Positions 1-8,528 of a stretch of DNA of 20,000 bases are shown in pieces. Position 1 is the stretch's first letter; every line of letters starts with the position of its first letter. A program made the translations under genes and the position numbers. Origin of the DNA: an uncultured virus (IMG/VR IMGVR_UViG_3300037603_000040) (Duplodnaviria; Heunggongvirae; Uroviricota; Caudoviricetes; Schitoviridae); the IMG/VR virus record IMGVR_UViG_3300037603_000040; one strand, given 5' to 3'. The notes below the pieces were generated by a model, which was not told the DNA's origin, did not search any database, and saw only the letters and a list, made by a program, of their open reading frames with translations.

Positions 1-389
1 TGGTGTGCCCAAGCCCGGTTCTGAGGCGACGAGAAGCCATTAGCAGGAACCAGACGTGTTTCAGCGCAGGAGAGGGCCAGCCACATGTCTTTGCCGTTCC
101 AGCCTGCACGAGCAATACGTTCACCAGCTTTGAGAGCTTCAAGTGCATGCCCAAAGCTCATCTGTCCGGAGACCTTGTAGGTCCGCTCGAACTCTTCTTT
201 GGGGAGCCAGGAAATGTAGCCATCATGTGCGACATGGTTTTTCAGGTTGCTGGAGAGATCCTCGACCAGGTAGCCCTGGTCCCAGCCATTCTCATCATCA
301 TCAGGAAGCTTCCAGCCCCGGTATGTGTTGTAATCCAGGCGGTTCATAGCCGTGGCTTTCAGGCACCTGGTTCCGTAATAAACTTTCAT
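1..389 (-). CDS. Tad2/DUF2829-family anti-defence (cyclic nucleotide sponge) protein with an extra N-terminal domain; truncated by the window edge
   Basis: Not in the ORF track; translated by hand from ATG at 389 (SD-like AAAGGTGAG upstream): MKVYYGTRCLKATAMNRLDYNTYRGWKLPDDENGWDQGYLVEDLSSNLKNHVAHDGYISWLPKEEFERTYKVSGQMSFGHALEALKAGERIARAGWNGKDMWLALS... The segment MSFGHALEALKAGERIARAGWNGKDMWL matches the DUF2829 signature (F..AL..LK.G..V.R.GWNGK.M). Confidence 0.85.
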   Translation of the reverse strand, partial: MKVYYGTRCLKATAMNRLDYNTYRGWKLPDDDENGWDQGYLVEDLSSNLKNHVAHDGYISWLPKEEFERTYKVSGQMSFGHALEALKAGERIARAGWNGKDMWLALSCAETRLVPANGFSSPQNRAWAH

Positions 390-415
390 CTTCTCACCTT
401 TCTTTCTCATGAGGC

Positions 416-452
416 ATCCCCCCAACCTTGGTCGGAACAAGGCCAGGGGGAT
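416..452 (-). other. RNA stem-loop between the gp55-like and Tad2-like genes
   Basis: On the minus-strand RNA, AUCCCCCUGGCCUUG pairs with CAAGGUUGGGGGGAU over 15 bp (3 G-U pairs) with a 7-nt loop. No U-tract follows. Confidence 0.6.
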
Positions 453-468
453 TATGGCGTCATGAGGA

Positions 469-1083
469 TCAGTTGACGCCACCTGCTGCTGCTTGCGCGG
501 CTGCAAGGTCTTTCAGCTCTTCCTTGGTCAACTGGGGAAGAACTTCGATGGCGAATTCAGGAACCCAACGCTGGGTGACATCAATCTGACCGGTCTGGCG
601 GTTTCGGCTGGTCTTGACGTGCAGGAACTTCCTGGATTTCAGAAGCTTGTAGAGAATGTAGGGCACGTGATACCCGTCATCGGTGGCTTCACCGAAGGGG
701 ATGAATTTCTTCACTTCGCCCAGATACTTGTTGGCCACACACAAGATCTCACCCTGGAGTGCGGCCTTGTCAGGGTTGAGGCAGGAGATCCGGATACGGA
801 TCTGGCGCATCTCTTCCTTGATCATCTTGGCTCGGATCTGGCTCTTGGTCAGAGGAGCCTCTGCCTGAGCACCGTCCACAGCTTCACCGGCCTTTTCCTC
901 TTCGGCCGAGGAAGTGCCTTCCAGATGTTCCTTGATGCGCTGGCGGAGAGCCTCAGCACCGATGTTGGGGGAAAACTTGATGCCCATGACATTGGCACGC
1001 TCTTTCAGCGTGGCCAGCTCATCGGGCTTGGGGAGATCGCTCACGAAGTCGTCGTCAGCACTCACAGTCGTTTGGTCGTTCAT
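469..1083 (-). CDS. N4 gp55-like conserved late protein (204 aa)
   Basis: Lies directly downstream of the MCP. Motifs DELATLKERANVMGIKFSPNIG, IRIRISCLNPDK and EFAIEVLPQLTKEEL resemble N4 gp55 homologues. Start moved to ATG 1083 (GAGGA SD at 1091-1095) because the track's longer start runs through a terminator hairpin. Confidence 0.8.
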   Translation of the reverse strand: MNDQTTVSADDDFVSDLPKPDELATLKERANVMGIKFSPNIGAEALRQRIKEHLEGTSSAEEEKAGEAVDGAQAEAPLTKSQIRAKMIKEEMRQIRIRISCLNPDKAALQGEILCVANKYLGEVKKFIPFGEATDDGYHVPYILYKLLKSRKFLHVKTSRNRQTGQIDVTQRWVPEFAIEVLPQLTKEELKDLAAAQAAAGGVN

Positions 1084-1118
1084 GGCTTGATCCTCAAGGT
1101 CACTTTGGGAGGGAAGGG

Positions 1119-1146
1119 GAAAACCAGGGGGACTTGCCCCCTGGTT
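1119..1146 (-). terminator. Probable leaky rho-independent terminator after the major capsid gene
   Basis: Perfect 10-bp inverted repeat AACCAGGGGG-caagt-CCCCCTGGTT (1122-1146), followed on the minus strand by only a short T run and a pyrimidine tract. Confidence 0.65.
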
Positions 1147-1161
1147 CAAGGCTTAGACCGA

Positions 1162-2352
1162 TCAGATCTTGGCCAGGGTCTTGACGAGGCCCAGACGCTC
1201 GGAGCGCAGGATCATCTTGCCGTAATACCACTTGATCGAGCTGAAGCCGGTCTCCCCATAGGGGTCGTTCCGGTCAGCCGTCTCACGACCAGGCATCTTG
1301 GTGGTGATCTTGAACTTCATCATCTTGCCACCGGTCTGGAAACCGATCGTGGTGAACGAGCCGTCACCGACGCAGAGCATCGGGTAGACGTCGTAGTTGC
1401 CACCGGTCTCCATGTAGCCGGGGTTGGCCACAACCGCAGCACCAGCACCGGCCCAGTGCAGCATTTCCGGAACCACAACGATACGGAACTGATCGACAGT
1501 GCCGATCTCGCCGTTCAGAATGGTGCCAGCATTGGCATACTTGTGGGTCGGGATGAATGCCGGATCTCCGAAGAGGTCGGTCATGCCCTTGACGATGGAT
1601 TCCAGCTCCGAACCAATGTAGAGCACCCGGCCCGAGTCGATCGTCTTGGTGTCGATCATGCGCGAACCAGTGATGATCTTGGTCTGCTTCGGGGTCCGGT
1701 TGTCGGTCAGGATCTTCGCCAGACGCATCAGATCTTCGTAGGTCACGATCGAGGGATCGGCACCTTCGCCGGTGATCTCGCTGTCCTGGGTGGCTGCCCC
1801 GGTGTAGATCACCACACCTGCACCGGCCAGAAGGTCTTTCTGGAGCACGGCTTCGGTGAGCTGGGTTGCGCCTGTCACCAGCTCGCGACTGATGTGGCTG
1901 TAGAGCTCGGAGTCCGAGTCAAAGTCGAAGCTTTCCTGGGTGAACTCGGTGAAGATACCGAACTTTTCCAGGTGGCCTTCGATCTGGAGACGGGTGAAAC
2001 CAACACGGTTCACACGGCCACCGGTCTCGGTCAGGGTCGGCAGTTTGCCGGTGATCGAGCCAATGTCCTTGGACGAACCATAGAGGTTGCCGTCAGCGAT
2101 GACAGCGCCGGACGCATCCAGGCCCTGGTCGTTGACGTTGCGGTCATCCAGGAGAGGGATGTAGTGGTAGACCTTGATCTTCTTGCCGTAGTGCTTCGGC
2201 ATCTTGGTCACGTCAGCCAGCGGCGTGAAGAACATTTCCTTCTGGGCTTCAATCAGCGCACGGCGCTGCCAGAAGAAGGTGTTCATCTGGGAGCTGCCTG
2301 CTCCTTCGATGTCAGACGGCGTGCCGCCTGCGGGGTCGTTATACTGGTGCAT
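1162..2352 (-). CDS. Major capsid protein, N4 gp56 family (396 aa)
   Basis: Typical motifs [57 protein letters not shown] and [16 protein letters not shown]; strong codon bias; synteny. Confidence 0.97.
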   Translation of the reverse strand: MHQYNDPAGGTPSDIEGAGSSQMNTFFWQRRALIEAQKEMFFTPLADVTKMPKHYGKKIKVYHYIPLLDDRNVNDQGLDASGAVIADGNLYGSSKDIGSITGKLPTLTETGGRVNRVGFTRLQIEGHLEKFGIFTEFTQESFDFDSDSELYSHISRELVTGATQLTEAVLQKDLLAGAGVVIYTGAATQDSEITGEGADPSIVTYEDLMRLAKILTDNRTPKQTKIITGSRMIDTKTIDSGRVLYIGSELESIVKGMTDLFGDPAFIPTHKYANAGTILNGEIGTVDQFRIVVVPEMLHWAGAGAAVVANPGYMETGGNYDVYPMLCVGDGSFTTIGFQTGGKMMKFKITTKMPGRETADRNDPYGETGFSSIKWYYGKMILRSERLGLVKTLAKI

Positions 2353-2372
2353 TCATTCAGCTTTCATGGTGC

Positions 2373-3608
2373 TCAAAGAGCGTGGGGGACTGGAATGGCC
2401 ATGATCTCTTCGTCCGACATTGCGAGCGGATCGAAGTTGGTCTTCCGGGTTTGGGAGGTCTTCGGACTGGCCGAGGCCGCCCGAGCTTTGTCACCATTTG
2501 AGATCTGCTTGCGTGGCTGTGCGGGCCGGGTGTCCACGACTTGACGCGCCTTCAGGTCTGTCTTGGTATTCTCAGGCGTTGCAGGCGCCGTTGAGCCAGG
2601 AACAGGACCGAATTTGCCTTCAGCATGGAGCCGATTACCGACGTCACGGTAGGCTTGGATGAACGGGACGTTTTGCAGATTTCCGAGTGTCTTCTGACGC
2701 TCAATCTCAGCAGAGATAACATCATAAATGCCATTGCTGCGCTGTTCGTTGATATGAGCCAGGATGGCCGGTTCTGCGAAGATGGCCTGCTTGCTGGCGT
2801 GATCCCAGTGCGTGTTCACATGGCTGATTGTCTTCTTTCCGTCATCCGTGGAACCAACGTCCTGGATGACATCGTGGAAGGCCAATTCCTGATCTGAAAC
2901 ACTGTGATTTCCAGGCGTGTAGGCCGGTTCGGTGGAAGTATCGATCTCGAGCGGATCAATCTTTCCCTCGTGAAGGAGCTTCTGAATGGCCTTCGGATCT
3001 TTCCGGTTCAGGTCAATCAGGAAGCTGATCTTGGACTCATCAAGAAGACCGTGATTGTCCAGCATGCGCATCATGCGCAGGTTGGGCTTCAGACTCTGCA
3101 TCTTCTTGGTGTAGTTCGCGCCCATCTGCATGAGCTGCATGGCCTCTTCAGGAGAGGCCGGTTTGAACTCCTTGCCGTTGGCTTTGAACGGGCGCATGAG
3201 CTGCTCGTAGAGAGCCTTGTAATCGGTCTCCCCGTCAGCCTTCGCACTTTCTTCACCCTCACTCTCACCAGCCGGATCCTTCTCCTCGGCGGTGTCGTCC
3301 GTGCTTTGGTGTGGTGTGGTGTGATCTGGATCTTTGTCATCACCGTCTTCGGCCTTCACAGGCTCATCGGTCGGCTTGTCGCCTCCCTCAGCCTGTTTGG
3401 CCTCAGACTGATCATCTTCATCTGCTTCGTCGGAGGCTTCGGTCTGAGCCGGAGCAGCATCGAGCATATCTTCCAGGATCCCACCACGGGGTTCATCTTC
3501 CCAGTCGTTGTCGATCTCCTCTGCCTTGTCGTCAGCAGTGAAGGTGGCATTCAGGAACTCTTCGTCCGACATGCCGTCGTAGTCGATCTCGTCGTTTTCA
3601 CCGGCCAT
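2373..3608 (-). CDS. N4 gp57-like protein (often annotated tape measure; scaffold-like composition), 411 aa
   Basis: Acidic low-complexity N-terminus and conserved core PFKANGK...LMQMGANYTKKMQSLKP; located immediately upstream of the MCP. Confidence 0.85.
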   Translation of the reverse strand: MAGENDEIDYDGMSDEEFLNATFTADDKAEEIDNDWEDEPRGGILEDMLDAAPAQTEASDEADEDDQSEAKQAEGGDKPTDEPVKAEDGDDKDPDHTTPHQSTDDTAEEKDPAGESEGEESAKADGETDYKALYEQLMRPFKANGKEFKPASPEEAMQLMQMGANYTKKMQSLKPNLRMMRMLDNHGLLDESKISFLIDLNRKDPKAIQKLLHEGKIDPLEIDTSTEPAYTPGNHSVSDQELAFHDVIQDVGSTDDGKKTISHVNTHWDHASKQAIFAEPAILAHINEQRSNGIYDVISAEIERQKTLGNLQNVPFIQAYRDVGNRLHAEGKFGPVPGSTAPATPENTKTDLKARQVVDTRPAQPRKQISNGDKARAASASPKTSQTRKTNFDPLAMSDEEIMAIPVPHAL

Positions 3609-3610
3609 GA

Positions 3611-3985
3611 TCAGACCTCGCTCTCATCGTCGTCCTGGTCTTCTTGATCCAGGTCTTCTTCTTCGTTGATCTCGTCCAGAGCCTCGTTGAGGTCTGCAAG
3701 CTCAGCAGCGGCGATGTTACCCATCTGAATCGTCTGACGCAGGAACAGGCGCAAGTAGGCGATACCCTTCATCATGTCCTGGATATCTTCCCGGTTCGCT
3801 TTGGTCTCTTCTTCCGACAGAAGGCCAACGAGACGGGCAGCTTCATCCACAAAGTAGAATTCCAGGATCAGCTTCCGGAACTCCCGGTTGCTGGCCAGCT
3901 TCTGCGCCATGTCACGGCGCTTCACGATCTTGCGTGCTTCTTCGATCGAGAGCTCGATCTGCTGCACTTGGTCATTGCCTGTCAT
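3611..3985 (-). CDS. N4 gp58-like small helical protein (124 aa)
   Basis: Motif LASNREFRKLILEFYFVDEAARLV; lies between portal and gp57; GAGGA SD upstream. Confidence 0.8.
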   Translation of the reverse strand: MTGNDQVQQIELSIEEARKIVKRRDMAQKLASNREFRKLILEFYFVDEAARLVGLLSEEETKANREDIQDMMKGIAYLRLFLRQTIQMGNIAAAELADLNEALDEINEEEDLDQEDQDDDESEV

Positions 3986-4014
3986 TTTTTGATCCTCAGT
4001 GTCGTCAGGTTAGG

Positions 4015-4046
4015 GGTTTGCTTTGGTTCGGTGTGATGTGGTGTGA
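4015..4046 (+). repeat. GGTGT pentamer array (portal/gp58 gap)
   Basis: ggttt gcttt ggttc ggtgt gatgt ggtgt ga. Confidence 0.7.
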
Positions 4047-4064
4047 TAATACCACCCAAGTAGG

Positions 4065-6242
4065 TTACGGTGTCAACCTTGAAGCGAAGTTTTGGTATCC
4101 GACCGCTTCTGCTACCTGGTTTTTGCCGGAGCCTTCCTTGGGATTGAGAATTCCTTTAATGATCTCAGTCTGTTGGTTGGCTTCGGCCTGAGCACCTTGC
4201 TTGTCCATATCACGGGCATGCTTGGTGCCAGTTTCTTGCTCGATGAAGTCCAGATCGTTCAGATCCGCTTCACTGCTTGTCTTACGGGCATCAGCCAGAG
4301 TCTCTTGGGTCTTTGCCTGGTTCAGTGCAATCTTGGACTGGATCTCACTGAGCTCCAGCTCAAGCATGGCAATCTCGAGCTCTTTCTTTTTCTCCTCGAG
4401 AGGATCAGGCTGGGGCTGGAACTGTTCGATCATGTGAACCAGACGAGGCATCCGCTTCAGTCTGGCGATTTCCATGAGGATGTTCTTGGTGATCTCGAAG
4501 GGCACTGTGTTGCCCAGAGTCTGTAGCATGAAGCCCAGATCTTGTGCTTTGGCTTCGTCCACTTCTGTGGTGGCAATATCCACTTTGAGATTGAACTCAC
4601 CCAGCAGATCTTCACGGCTGATCTTGACGAACTTCTCATTCGTCACCTGGATCACTTCTTCCTCAGAAAGAAAGGCGCCATTCATCGAGATGATCTTGCG
4701 GCCGATCTCTTCCATACCTTGAGCCAGACGACGAAGGATCGACATCTCACGCTTGGAGGAGGCATCCAGGATACCGCGGATACCGGCAGCCACCTGACCA
4801 TAGGCTTCCCCAGAGAGACCGCCTGAGAAGGCCTTGACGCCTGTCAGAGCCTCAGCTTCCTGGTTCTGCATAGAGATCACGTTGAGAGCCGAGCCAGGGA
4901 TCTCAGGATAGGTGTGCTGAAAGATGTTCATCCTGGGGTCTGTTCCAGGATTGAACTCGTAGTCTTCACCTTTCTCGTAGCGCCGCTTGTTGAGCACGTC
5001 GAGAGAGCCTTTGGAGAAGCCTGTCTGGCCATTGGCAGACCGACCCATGAGGTCAATCACACCTCGTGTGACAGCACCGAGGATTGCCTGGTTCTCTTTG
5101 AGAAGAGCAGCATCAGGTTCCCCTGTGACCGAGTCTTTGACCGGCAGATAAGGAACCACGACAAAGGGGAGCTTCTTGTCAGGAAAAGGGTTCTCTTCCA
5201 TCCTGATCATCGTGTGACCAATCCAGGTAGCGACGATCGGCTTCAGCTCGCCATTACCTTCGACGTCATACCAGCCCCAGTATTCATAGGCGACAACGAC
5301 CTTGCGCAGCTCGTCCTTGAACTGCTGGCTCTCGTCGATCGAGGAGGCATGATCACTGTCGTAGCCTGGAGTCCCTGTGGACCATATGACCTTATCCAGG
5401 TTCTTGTATCGGCCGTCTTTCTTCAGCTTGGCCTTGGAGGTCTCAAAGCTGACGATGACGAAATTCGCCTTGTCGATGTCACCCTCGCAGGAGGGATCAA
5501 TGTAGACATTGTTGTAGTTCAGGATGTCCACTGTGGGGTGGTTTTTCACCACTCGCTCTTCCGGAACCATCTCGGTGCCACTCTGGAAAGCGATCACCGG
5601 TTGCTTGGTTTCCATCGTATAGCGTGCAGATTCCTGGATCTCTTCCGGCAGCTCGGAGAAGCCTTGGGGGTTCTCAGTGGAGAGGGCCATTGCCTCCTCA
5701 AGCATCGCCATCTCGTCTTCAAACTGGGCTGCCACATAGGTCCAGACAGGCACCTCGACCATGACGGTCTCGGTCTCACGCTTCCATCCGGTGCGTATGA
5801 TACACGTGCCCTCATCGGTCACTGTGCGCACATAGGAGTCGATGAACTTGACCGGGTTGAGCTTGTTGCGGAACTGGTAGTTCAGCACCAGCTCGTTCTG
5901 GATGGCGCTCTCCTTGTCTTCCCAAGTCACGGGAGATACATCGAACATCTTCTCAGAGGAGAGGAAAGGTTCGCTCAAAGCTGAGTAGCGCCATTCGGCA
6001 TTCTTACGGATCAGCTTGGGCTGAACACTGGAGCGGTTCTTCAGTGTCTTGGGTTTGTATCTGCCCGATACGTTTCTAGCATCAAGCCAGTCACCCACGT
6101 TGGTCACAAACGTGTCATGCCAAGGACGAGCGATGGAGAGGTCTTCACTCAGCATCATGACCGAGGGCTCATTCTGCCACTCGGTCAGGGGATCCTGAGT
6201 TGCACCCATCTGGTGCTGATCTACCTCGAGATAGTTCGCCAT
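4065..6242 (-). CDS. Portal protein, N4 gp59 family (725 aa)
   Basis: Motifs RSSVQPKLIRKNAEWRYSALSEPFL, YEYWGWYD, IRMEENPFPDKKLPFVVVPYLP and EAEALTGVKAFSGG; C-terminal coiled coil; size and synteny. Confidence 0.95.
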   Translation of the reverse strand: MANYLEVDQHQMGATQDPLTEWQNEPSVMMLSEDLSIARPWHDTFVTNVGDWLDARNVSGRYKPKTLKNRSSVQPKLIRKNAEWRYSALSEPFLSSEKMFDVSPVTWEDKESAIQNELVLNYQFRNKLNPVKFIDSYVRTVTDEGTCIIRTGWKRETETVMVEVPVWTYVAAQFEDEMAMLEEAMALSTENPQGFSELPEEIQESARYTMETKQPVIAFQSGTEMVPEERVVKNHPTVDILNYNNVYIDPSCEGDIDKANFVIVSFETSKAKLKKDGRYKNLDKVIWSTGTPGYDSDHASSIDESQQFKDELRKVVVAYEYWGWYDVEGNGELKPIVATWIGHTMIRMEENPFPDKKLPFVVVPYLPVKDSVTGEPDAALLKENQAILGAVTRGVIDLMGRSANGQTGFSKGSLDVLNKRRYEKGEDYEFNPGTDPRMNIFQHTYPEIPGSALNVISMQNQEAEALTGVKAFSGGLSGEAYGQVAAGIRGILDASSKREMSILRRLAQGMEEIGRKIISMNGAFLSEEEVIQVTNEKFVKISREDLLGEFNLKVDIATTEVDEAKAQDLGFMLQTLGNTVPFEITKNILMEIARLKRMPRLVHMIEQFQPQPDPLEEKKKELEIAMLELELSEIQSKIALNQAKTQETLADARKTSSEADLNDLDFIEQETGTKHARDMDKQGAQAEANQQTEIIKGILNPKEGSGKNQVAEAVGYQNFASRLTP

Positions 6243-6260
6243 CTGGCTGCGTCCTTCAAA

Positions 6261-6962
6261 TTATGAGTGAATCCGGCCGTATTTGGCCAGGGAGGTGCCG
6301 TAGGCATCTGCGGGGTTGTAGGATCCACCGGAGGAGAGGAATTGACTGAGTCCCCCAAAACCACCGAGGTGGGCTATGGCCCGCATCCCGTTCATGGTCA
6401 GAGGCTTGCCGCCGACATTCATCCCCAGATATCGATCATACCCGTTCGACTGGATCCGCTTGTCGATGTCGCTGAAGTGCCAGTTGGAGACAGCCACCTG
6501 AGCTTCTTTGCTTCGGGTGAACTGTTCTGGTGTCATGTCTTCAGGAATGACTCCGGCTCTCTTGGCATCCAGGAGTCGGTCCTGACCAAACTGGAGAATA
6601 CCGAAGTGACCCTTCTTGCCACCGGAACCAGTGACGTCATTGGTGGCGCCAAAGTTACCGCCAGACTCTGTGTTGATCAGCGAAGGGGGCACATTGTTGG
6701 CAAAGCCATACTTGGCCAGATCGCCGGAGATCCCCGATCCAGTGTTGTCGGCATAGGATGTAGGGGAGGTGGCACTTGGTGCTGCCTGGTCAGGTTCTGT
6801 CCGGGTAAAGCTCAGGGTAGGGGTGTTGCCCACGATATTGCTGAAATTCTCCCAGGCATCCGACCGGAAGTCTTTCACACGACCCAGTTGTTCCTGAGCA
6901 ATTCCCCCGAACTGAGGAACCCTCTGAGACGTGAATCTGGTCTGAAGAGTGGGAGCGAGCAT
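6261..6962 (-). CDS. Lytic transglycosylase/lysozyme-like protein with a low-complexity N-terminus (233 aa)
   Basis: Catalytic-type LINTESGGN motif, GHFGILQFG (G-x-x-Q motif) and AIAHLGGFGG; S/T/P-rich linker before the domain. Confidence 0.7.
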   Translation of the reverse strand: MLAPTLQTRFTSQRVPQFGGIAQEQLGRVKDFRSDAWENFSNIVGNTPTLSFTRTEPDQAAPSATSPTSYADNTGSGISGDLAKYGFANNVPPSLINTESGGNFGATNDVTGSGGKKGHFGILQFGQDRLLDAKRAGVIPEDMTPEQFTRSKEAQVAVSNWHFSDIDKRIQSNGYDRYLGMNVGGKPLTMNGMRAIAHLGGFGGLSQFLSSGGSYNPADAYGTSLAKYGRIHS

Positions 6963-6998
6963 CGGCCTGCCATGATTTGAGATTTCCAGGTGATTAAA

Positions 6999-7020
6999 TC
7001 ACACCACACCGCACCACACC
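6999..7020 (-). repeat. GGTGT pentamer array (upstream of the transglycosylase-like gene)
   Basis: Minus strand reads ggtgt ggtgc ggtgt ggtgt ga. Confidence 0.75.
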
Positions 7021-7063
7021 ATATAAAAATTGCAGAATTGCCTGGATTAATTTCAAGCGTCTC

Positions 7064-7432
7064 TCAACGCTTGAATCGATCGACACCCATGACGCCGAAA
7101 ATACTGACCACAATCATCCAGGCCCATTCATCCAGCGGGGCAGGGAGGGCAGCAATTGTCCATGTCTGAGGGTAGACGCAGCCTTGGCACCAGAGCAGGC
7201 TGTAGAGCAGCACAGCAGCGAAATAGGCACCCAGAGGCACGGCATAGATCAGCATGAGCCAGAAGCCACCGGAGCGCATCCAGTCGCCTCGAGTGCGGTA
7301 AGACTCCCGAATGATGTCCGACTTGATCTTCTCTCGATCGGTCTGAGCTTCTACATGCTTGTCAACAGAAGAGAGCACTCTGTCGAGTGCTCCCCCTGTC
7401 AGCCATCCCAAGATTGCTTTGATGAATACCAT
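7064..7432 (-). CDS. Holin-like membrane protein (122 aa)
   Basis: N-terminal amphipathic segment, charged helix, two hydrophobic segments and a basic C-terminus; TGATG overlap with the upstream gene; within the lysis cassette. Confidence 0.65.
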   Translation of the reverse strand: MVFIKAILGWLTGGALDRVLSSVDKHVEAQTDREKIKSDIIRESYRTRGDWMRSGGFWLMLIYAVPLGAYFAAVLLYSLLWCQGCVYPQTWTIAALPAPLDEWAWMIVVSIFGVMGVDRFKR

Positions 7433-7611
7433 CACGAGGCCTTCATCTTGTCACGCCACCATGAGACGACGTAGGGGATTGCTATGGCCACGATGATCAC
7501 AGCAAACTCTGTCACATCCCCTTCCATGTATTCGGGCAGGTAGCCCTTGGCTACGAGCCAAGCAGTCAGCGGGGCCACACCGTGACGGATCAGGCGATTG
7601 AGTTCGTTCAT
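7432..7611 (-). CDS. Small holin-like membrane protein (59 aa)
   Basis: Below the track cutoff; hand translation MNELNRLIRHGVAPLTAWLVAKGYLPEYMEGDVTEFAVIIVAIAIPYVVSWWRDKMKAS. ATGA overlap with the endolysin stop and TGATG overlap with the next gene; fills the gap exactly. Confidence 0.8.
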   Translation of the reverse strand: MNELNRLIRHGVAPLTAWLVAKGYLPEYMEGDVTEFAVIIVAIAIPYVVSWWRDKMKAS

Positions 7612-8273
7612 TTCATCATCTTCCCGATGTAGTGGAGAATGGTTGACATGATGGCTGCCAGCACGTCTTTTCCAGGAATCTTCCCGGAGCTTGCAGGCTT
7701 ACGGCCCATGAGCTTGAGCAATTCTGCTCCTTTCATGATCTTGTAGCGACCTGCAAGATTGCCTTTGTCATCAACCTTGTAGATGGGGATGCTGTCCCCA
7801 TTGTGATCGTAATCACCGGTCAAGAAGAGGCGCATCTCTGCTTCACGACGCTTGCGAAGAGAGATGGGTTTGAGCCAGCCCATGAAGCCCTCGCCGGAGA
7901 AATTCCCCGAGTTGACTTCCTGAACCAGACGACAGGGTTTACCTGATTTGGATTTCCAGGTTGCACCCCCTGTGTTGAAATCCCAGGACACCAGAGCATC
8001 GAACTGATGCTGCTTCAGAGGCACCGGGAAAGCTTTACGCACCCGTGCTTCAAACTTCTTGATGTCGTCCTTGAAGACCTGGATTGCCCGCATGATCTCG
8101 AGGTCCACATCCTCGGGCATCCCCTTCTTGAGGTTGTGCGGATCCAGGCCGCCAGCACTGGCCGTGTGGCCGATCCCATAGGTGAGCATGTTCACACTGT
8201 CCCAGTAGGGACCGGGGACAATGCCCTCGTGCTCACAGATTTCCAGGAGACCTTTGTTAGATACTTCAAGCAT
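7608..8273 (-). CDS. Endolysin, GH24 (T4/lambdoid-type) muramidase (221 aa)
   Basis: HEGIVPGPYWDSVNMLTYGIGHT gives the E-8x-D-5x-T catalytic triad; also QHQFDALVSWDFNTG and LRKRREAEMRLF. Start placed at ATG 8273, just after the upstream stop. Confidence 0.92.
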   Translation of the reverse strand: MLEVSNKGLLEICEHEGIVPGPYWDSVNMLTYGIGHTASAGGLDPHNLKKGMPEDVDLEIMRAIQVFKDDIKKFEARVRKAFPVPLKQHQFDALVSWDFNTGGATWKSKSGKPCRLVQEVNSGNFSGEGFMGWLKPISLRKRREAEMRLFLTGDYDHNGDSIPIYKVDDKGNLAGRYKIMKGAELLKLMGRKPASSGKIPGKDVLAAIMSTILHYIGKMMK

Positions 8274-8274
8274 A

Positions 8275-8526
8275 TCACTTCCCTTCGGGTAGGCGATTTC
8301 CCGACACATCTGTGTGCGGAAGAACGGAGCTGGGTTTGAACGGATCGGTCTCGATCAGGATGATGACAGAGTCCCTGTTCGAGAAATGAATGAGCCGCGG
8401 TTTGAGGATCATCGTCACAAGCACAGACAGTGACAGTGAAAGGCTGAGGGCGATCACAAGGAGAGCCCAGAACACCGTGTAGAGTGTCTTGTTGCCGGGT
8501 GCTTTGCACGATGGGGGGTGTGTCAT
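8275..8526 (-). CDS. Small single-TM membrane protein of the lysis cassette (83 aa)
   Basis: One long hydrophobic stretch (LYTVFWALLVIALSLSLSLSVLVTMIL); tiles exactly between its neighbours with 1-2 nt gaps. Confidence 0.6.
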   Translation of the reverse strand: MTHPPSCKAPGNKTLYTVFWALLVIALSLSLSLSVLVTMILKPRLIHFSNRDSVIILIETDPFKPSSVLPHTDVSGNRLPEGK

Positions 8527-8528
8527 GA

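Noticed and set aside
3..476. 157-aa plus-strand ORF
   Set aside because: Antisense shadow of the Tad2-like gene, which has an SD and a recognisable motif on the minus strand.
493..2544. 683-aa plus-strand ORF
   Set aside because: Antisense to gp55 and MCP; explained by strong codon bias giving few stops in the mirror frame; no recognisable motif.
4914..5984. 356-aa plus-strand ORF (likewise 2904-3647, 6267-6980, 15480-16409, 16428-17048, 17644-18216)
   Set aside because: All are antisense shadows of well-supported minus-strand structural genes.
8192..8509. Overlapping Cys-containing minus-strand ORF as a possible embedded o-spanin
   Set aside because: No hydrophobic signal peptide or lipobox precedes any Cys.
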